NCBI RefSeq assembly: GCF_009914755.1
Contig: NC_060930.1
Source of the DNA: the human T2T-CHM13v2.0 reference genome, Homo sapiens
Length of the DNA: 64,000 nucleotides
Direction: 5' to 3' (one strand)
Under the pieces are notes generated by a model. It ran no database searches. It worked only from the letters and a program-made list of their open reading frames with translations, and was not told the DNA's origin. Of this stretch, positions 51,651-64,000 are shown piece by piece; position 1 is the first letter of the stretch, and each line of letters begins with the position of its first letter. A program made the position numbers and the translations under genes.

Positions 51651-52409
51651 GCTTTGGGTGCTGAAGCGGTGGGAAGGTGGGAGAGCATTCGGCGTGTGGA
51701 GGATCCACTGGGCAGGGCGGCAGGCAGGCCATTCCTGGTGATTGTAAGGGCACCCGCTGCAGAGACAGTCCTGTGGCCAAGCCCATCTGGGAGCGCATCG
51801 CCGGCCTCCAGTGTCCCAGAGCTGGTGCACAGCGGACACTCGGGGTCCACAGAGCTGCGTGAGGTGGGATGGGCAGCCAGGAAGGGGTGTGGGGCTTCTC
51901 TCTGCAGTGGACACACTGGTGGCTCTGGGCGAAGAGCGGTGCTGTTGGAACAGGCACAGCTGAGATTCCAACACTCCAGGTCCTGCGGACATGGCCCAGG
52001 TCCCGGGAAATGGTACCCAAAAGACAGGCAAGATCTACTCAGAGCGCGCAGGCCGAAACCAGGACAGGGATGAGCACGGGCCGCAACCGGGACGGGGACG
52101 AACGCTGGGAGAATGGAGCAGCCACTGCTGACGGGCACCTGAGAGACAGGACTTCGGAGCGGCAGCTTCACAGCAGGAAACGCGTCCTTCTTGGGGATCA
52201 CACACGGGTGCAGACACACACCTGCCGATCCTAGGAGCTGTGCAGAACCGCCCTGGCCTGGCCACGTGGGACACATTCTGGTATCTTCTTCCGATTTTAT
52301 TCTATAAAACAAAAACCAAACAAAACAAACATGTCCACTGGTCCCAATCCTCTCAATTTATTTCACAGCTTACTAATGAGTTACCACATCCCAGCATGGC
52401 CAGGGATGT

Positions 52410-52528
52410 CCTTGCTGAGATGGTCATTTTGGAAATGACCCTATTTCCAAAAGAGGCCCCAGGCTGAAGTACTGGGGGTTTGGACTCTAACACATGAATT
52501 TGGGGGGCACAGTTCAACCCCTTATGGC
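52410..52528 (-). mobile_element. MLT1 LTR fragment
   Basis: GACCCTATTTCCAAA..GTACTGGGGGTT..ACATGAATTTGGGGGGCACAGTTCAACCC. Confidence 0.7.
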
Positions 52529-53629
52529 AGGGTGCAGAGCTGGTGAGTGGCTGAGCCCCAGGAACGTGACTCCAGGCACCGGTGACAACCAGGCTGTGAT
52601 GACAATGGCACGCAGCTGCTCAGGGCGTTCTGCCTCTCGCCCCTCCCTCGTCCTCCCAGATGCAGCTGGAGGGGCCCGGGGTCAGAGCCTGGGCCGAGGC
52701 TGGTTTGTCATTGCCCCTGAGGAGTGGCCCCACCCTGGGGGTTCCAGTTGCTGTTGTCTGGAGGTCTGTTCACCGGGACTGCGCTGGTAACCCCCGCAGG
52801 GCAGCACTCGGCCAGAGCAGGGCTCCCGGGAAGTCTGCAAAGACACCCGCCGCAGATGTCTTTTCCAGACCTGTCCATTTGATTTGTTTGTCCAGAGAAC
52901 AACAACCAAAAAAAAAAAAAAAAAAGCAAGGGAGCAATGCTGACACCATGGAGGATGCGGGGAGCAGAGGGAGGCCTTTTCCGACCCTGCAAACCAGGCT
53001 CCAGGCTCCTGTAAGATGACCCAGGCATTCCCGGGAAGACAGGAGGGCACGTCTGTAAATCACAGCCTGCGATGACAAGAGGGGCCTCATGAAAATCAGC
53101 ACCTTGTGTTTTTAGGGGCAGATGGAGCTGAGCCCAGGACAGGCAGGACAGGAGGAAGGTGATTTACAGCCTAAGCTCTCCCCAGCACGGCTGTCTCTGG
53201 AATGGCCTTGGCTGGCCAGAGGTACAGGGAGGGAGACGGCCTCAGGCCAACCCAGGGAGGGAGGGAGGCTGGTCCAGGGATGCACCGGCCCTGGAAGGTA
53301 GAGGCCAGGCGTGGGGGGTGAGTGTGGCCATCGCCTGACCAGCCCTGTGGGAAGGGCCCTGGCTGGAGATAAGAAGTAACAGCAGTTAAAGGAGTCTCAA
53401 CCCACTGCTCCACAAAAGGGCTCTCAGAGGGTTCCATCTTTTACACAAGCAAAGCCAACCGTAAAGAGTAAGAGCAGAATCAAGAGCTTTCAGAAGAACA
53501 GGGAGAAGATGGTGCCCAGAGAGGCAGAGAAGCTGACGGGTGAAAAGTGACACTCATTGAGTAGATTTTACTGTCTTTTGAAAGAAAATGCAGAGTGTTC
53601 TTTTGGCGACACCCCATGGCTTCCACCGC

Positions 53630-53815
53630 CGCCACTTACAAAATACCCACGGTGTGGCAGATGCTTTAGCACGAAATGACCAGTCTGCACCGCACACCCG
53701 TGAAGAAGATTCTGTTACACCCACTTTACAGACAAGGAAACCCAGGTTGGAGAGAGTGAGTGAAATTCCAAATGTCACAGAATTAGAAAGTGGGGACGTG
53801 CGGTTTTAACTTTCG
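53630..53815 (-). mobile_element. MIR
   Basis: CCCACTTTACAGACAAGGAAAC..GTGAAATTCCAAATGTCACAG. Confidence 0.65.
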
Positions 53816-53858
53816 CTTCCTCGGCTCAACACCTTTGCTTCTTTACTCCACCTGACAG

Positions 53859-53985
53859 GTATCACACAACACAAGGAAAAGACGTATCTGAAGTTCCAAA
53901 CTAACGTAGACTTTTCAATGAATGACTGATTCTAGACATCCTTCGAGTGAGAATCCAGGACTTGTCTCTGCTGCTAGCTCAAGAG
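53859..53985 (+). pseudogene. Exon relic (KTYLKFQTNVDFS / RHPSSE / QDLSLLLAQE)
   Basis: ctttactccacctgacag| acceptor; the pieces fit the SEA N-half (F..N..F...L..PSS..FQDL...L..E) but need two frameshifts; donor decayed. Confidence 0.4.
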
Positions 53986-54135
53986 GGAGTGGAAGCTTGG
54001 GATGCCCAGGCTAGTTGATGGTTAATGTGGTAAAGACATTAATTGAAGGTCAACAGGTTTTACTTCCTGGTTAAATCCAGTGCTTACTAAATTTTGTTTT
54101 GACCGTGAAATCACCTGCCCTCACTTTTCTGGAAG

Positions 54136-54192
54136 GACGTGGCACTAATATTCCATGGAACATTTAGGGCCGGCTACTCGGGTGCAGATGCA
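54136..54192 (+). pseudogene. Exon relic (DVALIFHGTFRAGYSGADA)
   Basis: ctcacttttctggaag| phase-0 acceptor; IFxxxFxxxYxG follows the previous exon in SEA order; 3' end uncertain. Confidence 0.45.
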
Positions 54193-54407
54193 GTATGCTG
54201 TTACTTAAAATGAAAGCTGGCTATATAATTTTTAATTTTTTTTCAATTTGAAAGTAAAAATTTCAAAAAATAACAATTTAAATTTTAAATTAAAACTTCT
54301 AATTCAAGTTTAAAGTAATTTAAAATAAATTCAATATTAATATAACCTTTAAGAAATTTAAAAAGTACAGAAGGACATAAAATGCAAAGTACCTCTTCTC
54401 ACACTAT

Positions 54408-54510
54408 GTCAGTCAGGGTTCTCCACAGAAACCAGTAGGAGACACAGGTATGTGTATGTGGGTATCTGCATCTGCAGCTGTATAAATAGAGATAGAGATA
54501 GGGGGAGAGA
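54408..54510 (-). mobile_element. MLT2 LTR terminal fragment
   Basis: TGTCAGTCAGGGTTCTCCACAGAAACCAGTAGGA. Confidence 0.65.
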
Positions 54511-56833
54511 GAAAGAGAAACAAAGATAGACAGTATTTAACAAAATGATAGCTATAAATTTTCCAAATATGATTAAAACAAAAGCTTACAGATGCAAGTT
54601 GTTCAATAAACCAAGAGCAGACTAAACAGAAAGAAAACCACAGCAAGGGACACCAGAATCAAATTGCTGAAAACCAGTGACAAAGTGTGAACCCTTCAAG
54701 CAGCCAGAGAAAAAGCAGGTAGAGAGATGAGGATGAGGATGACGACAGACAAACCATAAAGACGGCGCAGTCCAGACATCGGTGAAGATGCATCCTTAAG
54801 GAGCAAGGTGGGCAGTTAGACTGGAATTCTTTATCCAGGGAAAAGGCCATTCAGAACTGGAAGTGGAATAAATAAACACTGACAGAACCCAGCACACCTG
54901 CAATATGAGAACACAGAAGGGAACTCTTCAGGCAGAAGGAGTGTGATGTCAGATGAAAACTAATCTACACAAATAAAGAAGGCCAGACATAGTACATATG
55001 TAGTAAATAAGAAAAATGTTTCTCTTCCTTTTAATCTTTTAAGAAGATAATTGATGTTAATATGGTTCTGGTCACTCTATCTGTAATAGTGTCAATGAAA
55101 ATAAAATTAAATTGAGATTTTAAAAGATAATTGGCTATTTAAAGGAATAATAATCACAATGTATTCTAGGGGTTACAGCATCTATGGAGATGAAACGTAT
55201 GAGAACAAAACCACAAAGGCATGAGGTATTAGAATAAAGGACGCTCTTGCAAGGCTCTTTCTTCTAACCTGAGCTTGGATGTTATTATTAAAAAGTGGAC
55301 TGTGATACACAAAAGGTGAACATTGTAAATCCTGGAGCCACCACTTAAAAAAAATAGAGCTAATAAGCAAATAGTGTATCAGCAAAAATTTAAAAATAAT
55401 TAAGAAGCTGACATTTGGTTTTCAGTCAGCATGTGAGGAGTTTGGAAGTCACCACTCCATCCTAACCACAAGTGTAAAGATGAACAAACGGAAAATCCAC
55501 AACTCTTCTTAGATCTGTCAGAGAAGTGAGGTCACAGTGTAAAGTGTTTCCCCAAAAATTGGAGAAACAGGCAAATACAGAGAATCACAGCTTGCTGGAG
55601 CAGAAACGCATGAGCCAAAACTTCTGTGGGAACCAGTGCTGGGGCAGGGAGACCTGAACTGAAATTGAGGAATCGGTGGAGGCTTAGCGTGGACAAGCCT
55701 GAGCATTGGGAGCAGCTCACAGGGGCCCCACACTGTTGTGAGTGTTGCCTCCTGGAGCTTCTCCAGGTTCACCCACTGAATATTGGAGAAATGTCCCCTC
55801 ATGGTTCTGGCAGAGGGAGGCAAAAAGGAACCATTCTGAGAGATACTTGAGCATTCTGTTCTCCTTAACAAGAAACCAGCTAACCAAGCCCCACCTGCAG
55901 GGGTTTTATCAGAGCCAAACCGACCTGGGGGGAGGTAAATATCCAGCTCCAGCCCAATCCAGTCATCCTGTCCCACCTAAGAGAGGAAATATTTGTGAAG
56001 TTCACAGACCAGGGGCACAGGCTCACTAAGACCGAGACCTAATCACAGGACTGTAGAACATTTCCCCTCCCACACAACTCAGTCACATCCCTAGAGGCCT
56101 CTGTTTACAGCAGTTCCTTTCACCCAGTGCATCATATCCAGAGTTCAAAAAAATTACAAGGCATACTAAAAGGCAAAAACACAGTTTGAAGAGAAAGAGC
56201 AAGCATTAAAACCAAAGTTGATGTAGCAGGAGTGTTGAAATTGTTAGACCAGGAAGTTTTTAAACTATAATTAATATGCTAAGAGCTTTAGTGGAAAAAA
56301 AGACAACATGCAAAGAATATGTGAAAAATGTAAGCAGAGAGATGAGAATACTAAGATTATTTTTTTAAGTCCTAGAAATCAACAGCACTAGCAGAAATGA
56401 ATAAGGTCTTTGGCAGGCTCATCAATAGACTGAACACATCTGAGGAAAGAATACTTGAGCTTGACACTATGATGATAGAAAGTTCAAAACTGAAAAAGCA
56501 AAGTGAAAAAGACCATGAAAAACAGGAGATACTATTCAAGAACTGGGGGACAACTACAAAAGGGCAATGAGAAAAACATCTGCATAATGGGACACCAGAA
56601 GGAAAAGAAAGGAACACAGGCAGTATTTGAAGCAATGATGACTAAGAAGTTTTCTAAATTAATGTCACATCCAGGAAGTTTACAGAATACCAAGCAGGAT
56701 AAATGCCAAAAACTACACAGAGGCATATCATATTAAAACTGCAGGAAATCCAAGATAAATAAGCCAGAGGGAACAAAAACTTTACCTATAGAGGAGCAAA
56801 GATAAAAATGACATCCCTTTTTTTCTCAGACAC

Positions 56834-57193
56834 AGTATTAGTCCATTTTCACACAGCTATGAAGAAATAGCTGAGACTACATAATTAATAAAGGAAAGAG
56901 GTTTAATTGACTCACAGTTCCACATGGCTGGGGAGCTCTCAGGAAACTTACATCATGGTGGAAGGAGAAGCAAGCATCTTCTTCCCATGGTGGCAGGATA
57001 GAGAGTGTGTGTGAAGGATGAAGTGTCAAACACGTGTAAAACATCAGATCCCGTGAGAACTCACTATCACAAGAACAGCATGGGTGAAACCTGCCCCATG
57101 AACCAACCACCTCCCACCAAGTCCCTCTCTTGACACATGGGGATTACAATTCGAGATAAGATTTGGGTGGGGACAAAGAAACAAACCATATCA
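56834..57193 (-). mobile_element. THE1 (THE1D-like) solo LTR
   Basis: GTATTAGTCCATTTTCACAC..GAGGTTTAATTGACTCACAGTTCCACATGGCTGGGGAG..AAACCATATCA; TSD GACAC. Confidence 0.92.
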
Positions 57194-57202
57194 GACACCA
57201 TG

Positions 57203-57595
57203 TGTGTTAAGCTCTTCTTGCATTGCTATAAATAAATACTTGAGACTGTGTAATTTATAAAGAAGAGAGGTTTAATTGGCTCAAAGTTCTGCAGGTTGTG
57301 CAAGCATGGCCGTGGTATCTATTCAGCTCCTGGGGAAGCTTCAAGGAGCTTTGACTCACGGCAGAAGGCAAAGGAGGGGCAGGTGTGTCACGTGGTGGAA
57401 GCAAGAGCAAGGGAGAAGGAGGTGCCACACACTTTTAAATAACCAGATCTCACAAGAACTCACTCTCATGAAGACAGCACCAAGGGGGTGGCACTAAACC
57501 ATTCATGAAGGATCCACCCCCATGATCCAATCACCTCCCACCAGGCCTCAGTTACATGAGCTTTTGGGAGGGCAGAAAATATCCAAACTATATGA
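57203..57595 (-). mobile_element. MST (MSTA/B-like) solo LTR
   Basis: TTCTTGCATTGCTATAAA..GGTTTAATTGGCTCA..CTAAACCATTCATGA..ATCCAAACTATA; TSD (C/G)CATG. Confidence 0.9.
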
Positions 57596-57887
57596 GCATG
57601 CAAACAAGAAGAGAGTAGAATGAAATATTTAATACTGAGAGGAAAAAGACCCCCACCAATCTATAATACTGTACCCAGCAAAATTATCCTTCAAAAATGA
57701 AGGAGAAATAGAGTCTTTTTCAGATAAACAAAAAATGGGATTTTTTTTGTCTGTAGACCCACCTTGCAAGAATTATGAAAAGAACTGTTTTAGAAAGATG
57801 AAAAAAAATAGATCAGAAACTAGATCTACAAAGAAAGAGCAGTGGAGAATGAATAAGTGAAGATAATATAAATATTGTATTTATTCT

Positions 57888-58174
57888 TATTTTTTTAAAA
57901 TTAGAGACAGGGTCTTCTGTCACCCAGGCTGAAGTGCAGTGGCAGAATCATAGCTCGCTGCAGCCTCAAACTCCTAGGCTCAAACAGTCCACCCACCTCA
58001 GCCTTCTGAGTAGCTAGAACTACAAGTGCATGCCACCATAGCTGGCTAATTTTTTTTAGAGGTGGGGTCTTGCTATGTTGCCCACACTGGTCTCAAACTC
58101 CCGGCCTCAAGTGATCCTCTTGCTTTGGTCTCTCAAAGCACTAGGATAACAGACATGAGCCACCACACCTGGCC
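57888..58174 (-). mobile_element. AluJ
   Basis: ATCATAGCTCGCTGCAGCCTCAAACTCCTAGGCTCAA; GGGGTCTTGCTATGTTGCCC. Confidence 0.92.
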
Positions 58175-59429
58175 ATTTTTCTTATTCTTAATTGGCCTAG
58201 CAGACAACAGTTTGTTCAAAATAATAATAGTAACAACGTACTCAATTACGTATGCTTATACCTATATCTGTCTCTATATATGCTTATGTATAATTGAAAT
58301 GAATGACAACAATGATACAAGGAATAGAAGGGAAGAATTAGGATTGTTTTGTTACTATAAGACATTTGCACTACCCCCAAAGTGGTATAGTGATACTTGA
58401 AAGTGGACTTGGATCAGTTGCAAGTGTATGATCCAAACTCCAGGACAACCAATAAAAAAAAGTTATAAAAGGTAAATATTGATAGGTGAAGTAAAGAAGG
58501 AAAATGGAATCACATAAAATGCTCAATTCAAAGTATAAAAAGCAGAAAAATGTGGAAGACAAAAATAGTAACAAACAATGGCAAAAAAAGTAGAAAATGG
58601 TAACAAATATGATAGATATTAATCCAAGTATATCACTAATCACTTTAAACACCAGTGGTCTAAGTGCACCAATCAAAAGACTGAGTTCGTCAGAGTGGAT
58701 CAAAAAATAAGACCCAATTATATGTTGTCTACAAGAGTCCCACTTTAAATATGGACACACACACATGTAAAAGGATGGAGAAATATATACTATACTAACA
58801 CGAAAAGAGCAGGAGTAGCTATGTTAATTACAGACAGAGCTGATTCCAGAACAAGGAAAATTATCAGGGATAAAAGAGGGGAATTACATAATAATAAAGG
58901 GGTAAGTTCTCCAAGAAGGCATAATAATCCTTAATATGTATATGTCTAACAACATAGCATCAAAATACAAGAGGCAAAAACTTATAAAACTGCAAGGAGA
59001 AATTGATGAGTCCACTATTATAGGTGCAGAATTCAATACCCCTCTATCAGAAACAGGCAGATCCACAAGGCAGAAAATCTGTAAAAATATACTCAAACTC
59101 AACAGCATCCTCAATTAACTGGATATACTTGACATCTACAGACTATTTTTTTCCAAGAAGAGCAAAATACACATTCTTCTGAAGCTCACAGGAAACATTC
59201 ACCAAGATAAACCACATTCTGGACCATAAATTTTGAAAGTATATAAACCACCCAATGTCTGCTTTCAGACCACAATCAAATTAAACTAGAAATCTGTATG
59301 AGAAAGATAGCTGGAAAATCCCTAACTACTTGGAGATCTGACAGCACATTTCTTAATAACACATGAGTAGAAAACAAAATGTCAAGAGAAATAAAAATAT
59401 TTTGAACTAAATGTAAACACAACTCATCA

Positions 59430-59872
<443 letters not shown>

Positions 59873-62348
59873 TTAAATCCAAAGTAAGGAAAAGAAATGA
59901 AATAGTAAAAATAAGAGCAGAAATCAATAAAATTGAAAACCGGAAATCAATAAATAAAATCAACAAAACCAAAAGCTGGTACTTTGAAAAGACCAATAAA
60001 ATCAATAAGTCTCTAGCCAGGCTAACCAATAAAAAAAGGGAGAATGTATAAATTACTAACTTAGAAATGAAAGAGAGGACATCATTGGAAATCCCATGGA
60101 CGTTAGAAGAATAATGAAGGAATATTATGAACAACTCTGGGCCCATGAATTTCATAACCTAAATAAAATGAACCAACTCTTTGAAAGACACAAGCTGACA
60201 AAACTCACACAAGAAGAAACAGAAATTCTGAATAGGTCTATATCTATTTAAAAGATTGAATCAATAATTGAAAACTTTCAAAACAGAAAGCAGGCTCAGA
60301 TGATTTCACTGGTAAATTCTACTGAACATTTAAAAAATGAATTACACCACTTATCTACAAACTCTTCCTGAAGATAGAAGCAGAGAGAATGCTTTCTAAC
60401 TCATTCTTTGAGGCCAACATTACTCTAATACTGAAGCCAGACAAAAATATTACAGGAAAATAAAACTGTAGATCAATATACTAATAAGTAAAAATCCAAA
60501 AATGAAATTTTAAAAAATCACACTTGCAAAATCACCAATAAGAATAAAATATGTAGAAGAAACAAATGTAACAAAAGAAGTGCAAGGCATATACCCTAAA
60601 AGCTACAAAATATTACTAAGTTTTAAATATCCCAGTAAAATGGGGGACATTCCATGTTCATGGATTGGGTGACTCACTATTGCTAAGATGAAAATTCTTC
60701 CAATTGATTTACAGATTGAATGCAATCTCTATTAAAATATCAGCAAATCTTTTTTATGGAAGTTGATAAGCTGATTTTACCATTTATATGGTAGTAAACA
60801 TAACCTAGAATAGCCAAAACAATTTTGAAAAAGAACAAAGCAGGTGGATTTACACCACCTGATTTCAAAACCTGCTAAAAAGCTACCATAATCAAGATAG
60901 TGTGGTATTGGTGTAAGAATAAATACATAAACCAACCAAGCAGAATAGAAAGTCCACAAATAAACTTAGGTTTATGGTTAATTGATTTTTGATGATGATA
61001 CCAGTGTAATTCAATGGGGAAGAATAATTTTCCAAAAAATAGTTCTGGGATAATTGGCTAGCCATATACAAGAAAATAAACTTAAACAGTTACTTCACAC
61101 CATGCACAAAAGTCAACTCATAATATGTCAAAAACTTTAAGAGCTAAAACTATAAAACTTCTAAAAAATAGAAGGAAATGTTTATGACCATGATTTAGGC
61201 AAATATTTCTTAGATATGACACTAAAAGCATGATTCATGAAGAAATTTTTGATAAATTAGGCTTCATAAAAACTGAAACTACTACCCTGTGAAAGACAGT
61301 TAAGAAAATAGTGTTTTTTAAAAGCCATAGACTAGACTATAGACTAGTAGAAAGTATTTGAGAAATACACATTTTAAACATAAGATTTATATCCATAATA
61401 CTTGAAGAACTCTTACTACTCACAAATAATTAGATAAACAACCTAGTTTTTTAAAAAACTGAGTAAAAGATTTGAACAGACACTTCACTAAGGGAGCTAG
61501 AATGGGAATAAGCATACAGAAAGATGTTGACTTCATTGGTGATTAAGAAAATTCAAATTAAATCCGCAATGAGGTATCACTACACTAGGAATGGTCAAAT
61601 TTGAAAAAAATCTGACACTACAAAGTGTTGGTGAAAATGTGGAGTAACTGAAGTTTTCATACGTTACTGATGAAAATGCAAAGTGGTACAGACACTTTGG
61701 AAGACACTTGGCAATTTAAAAAATAAACTGAAAACACACAACCTGCCAATCTCACTCCTAAGTACGTACATAAGGGAAGTGAAAACTTATGTTCACACAA
61801 TATCTTGTACTCAAATGGTCATAGCTGCAGTTTTACTAATAATATCCAAGAAGTGGAAGTAACTTAAGTGACTCTCAACTAGTGAGTAGATAAATAAATT
61901 GTGGCATATATTAAAAAAATGAATTCTATTCTGCAAAGAAATAATAATAAAAGGAATGAACTGCTCATATATGATGCAATAATGTGAATACATCTTGAAA
62001 ACATCCTAAGTGAAAGAAGCCAGATGCAAATGAGTACATACTATATGGTTCCATTTATATAAAATTTAGAAAAGGCAAAACCACAGCGACAGACAGAGGA
62101 GTGTTGCCAGCGCCAGGGTTGGAGGTTGGGGGGACAGTGGCTGTAAAGGGACAGAAGGAAATTCGGGAAATGACGGAAATGTTCCATATGTTGATTGTAG
62201 TGGTGATTTCATGACTATAAAGTTACATTTGCCAATTTGTAACACTACAGTGAAAATTGATGAATTCTCTTACACATAAATTATACCTCAATTAAGCAAA
62301 TTTTGCTTGAAGCAATAAATCATTTGTAGGAATTTAGCTTAGCCACAG

Positions 62349-62480
62349 GTTGACCATTAACTATTTCACCATTCACCTCCTTTGAGAACTTCCAACTTCT
62401 TCTGAATAAACCTTGGGACTTAAGGAGAACCTGCAACAAATCCAGCTGAATCTCTGCACTCCCGTAAAGAGACCTGGCAG
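62349..62480 (+). pseudogene. Exon relic (LTINYFTIHLL*ELPTSSE*TLGLKENLQQIQLNLCTPVKRPG)
   Basis: ccacag| acceptor and strong CAG|GTGAGC donor, immediately after the L1 block; two C>T-type stops. Confidence 0.4.
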
Positions 62481-62857
62481 GTGAGCTTCAGGGTGACATT
62501 TATATAATGTGTGTATATATATGTGCCTATGTATATATGTATTTCATAAAACTGCTTATCAAATGACATAAGTTGTGGCATAGTTGTTCATCAAATCACT
62601 TTAAAATTTTCCAAATCTTATTTTTAGAAAATTGCTGGTGTGATTTATTTTTGTTTGACAAGATTGACAGTAGCCAAGTGGTGTTCTATCTGAAGTCTGA
62701 TTTGACATCAGGAATGGCATCCAGCTCTTTCCCTGGTGAACAGCCATGAGGCCACATGGCCAGCATGCACTTGAATATGAAGGGCGAGATGTCCATTCCT
62801 CATGCTGCCAGCCTGTTCCTGTGTTGCCACCTCAGGCCTTGTCACCTCTCCCCTTGG

Positions 62858-62872
62858 TGCCACCAGGTGGCA
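62858..62872. promoter_or_regulatory. Palindromic CTCF-like motif TGCCACCAGGTGGCA
   Basis: CCACCAGGTGGCA fits the CTCF core; 7-bp arms around a 1-nt centre. Confidence 0.45.
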
Positions 62873-63234
62873 TTATTGGGTGACTTGTACCCATAAGCAG
62901 ATTTTTCTCATCTAGTAGGGAAACATTTCAATATTTTGACAACTGGGGCATCCATGCTGATCTTCTTCCTGCAGGATCCTCGCTGGCTCAACTGCAGCAG
63001 CTTCTGCCCCTCCACATCTTTCCACATTTCTGGCTGTGAATGACCTACAGACGCTTTTCATCATCCTGACCCTATTAGCCAAGTCTCTTCTTGGTCTACA
63101 TAATCCTGATCCTAATCAGCCCTTTTTTTATTTTAGTCATTCTGTCCCAATGTAAAATTACCATAAGAAAGCTATCATATTCACATCAAGGACACTCTGT
63201 CTTAGCTAAAGTGTGGTATCATGGAGTCATGCAG

Positions 63235-63770
63235 GTAGTTGGGGTTGTTCTAAAACATGTCCACACATCCCTGGACAGCTCTCATCAAAAGATGGAATCT
63301 AACTCCCCTCCCTCTGAATATGGGCTGGACTTAGTGACTTGTTGGTAACACATAGAATGTAGTAGAATTGTGTGTGACTTCTGTGGCTGGGTAATAAAAG
63401 AGATGTAATTCTTTTCAGCAGTCTCTCTCAGAACATGTCCCTTGGGAGCTCCAAGTCAACCTGCAACAAATCCAGAAGCTTCCTTGCCTGAGAGACCACA
63501 TGGAAAGGTTGTGTATAGAGAGAAATGCCTGGGTAGCTGCAGCTACTGAACCTTCTCCCCATCAACCACTAGACACAGGGCATGAGTGAGTCTGTGGGTG
63601 ACTTCAGCTCCCAGCTTCAGAGCTTCCCCAGACCAGGCCAAGTGAAGCAGAGATGAGCTGTCCCCAGTGAGCCCTGCCCAAACTGCAGATTTGTGAGCAG
63701 AATTTATGTTATTGTTTTAAGCCACCAAGTTTTGTGATGGTTTGTTACATAGCATTAGATAACTGGAACA
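63235..63770 (+). mobile_element. MLT1G-like MaLR LTR
   Basis: TGAATATGGGCTGGACTTAGTGACTTG; GAGCCCTGCCCAAACTGCAGATTTGTGAGC; GTTTGTTACATAGCATTAGATAACTGGAACA. Confidence 0.85.
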
Positions 63771-64000
63771 GTTGCGGAGGGTACCAATTCTACTGGTTGT
63801 CGAAAACAGCCACAGCACCTTCCTTGTCTCACAAAACAGTATTATTAATGCTCTTTATCCATGGTCTAAAAACACAGCCTCAGTTTACTACAGGGTTGAG
63901 AGGATCTCACACTGGGATGTTTGATACAAAGGATCAAATACACTATACTCTAATTCTGTATAGTTTTGTCTGCTAGTCATCATCATCTAAGGTTTGTGGT

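Noticed and set aside
62700-63220. Possible ERVL internal fragment
   Set aside because: Only a vague resemblance; I could not anchor diagnostic motifs.

Overview
Primate genomic DNA, human-like because it carries AluY/AluS/AluJ, L1PA, THE1/MST/MLT and LTR1. It is GC-rich and minisatellite-dense for about 1-53 kb, as expected in a subtelomeric region, then AT-rich and L1-filled at about 54-62 kb. I see no intact protein-coding gene; the very long ORFs in the track come from tandem repeats. Reading splice signals and translating through stops suggests two decayed multi-exon genes the ORF track misses. (1) On the + strand, at least 15 exon relics from about 9 kb to 62.5 kb have AG/GT ends, several phase-compatible joins and stops mostly explicable by single C>T changes. 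Their translations repeatedly resemble pieces of SEA modules, suggesting a lost multi-SEA mucin-like or cell-surface gene. (2) On the - strand, a relic starts at a small CpG/YY1/GC-box promoter near 8.5 kb and ends in a large exon containing a frame-preserving 30-bp VNTR. The two relics appear head-to-head. Other structure includes a 4.8-kb VNTR with higher-order periodicity and two MaLR solo LTRs inserted 4 bp apart. All family names and domain calls come from recalled consensus patterns, not from searches.
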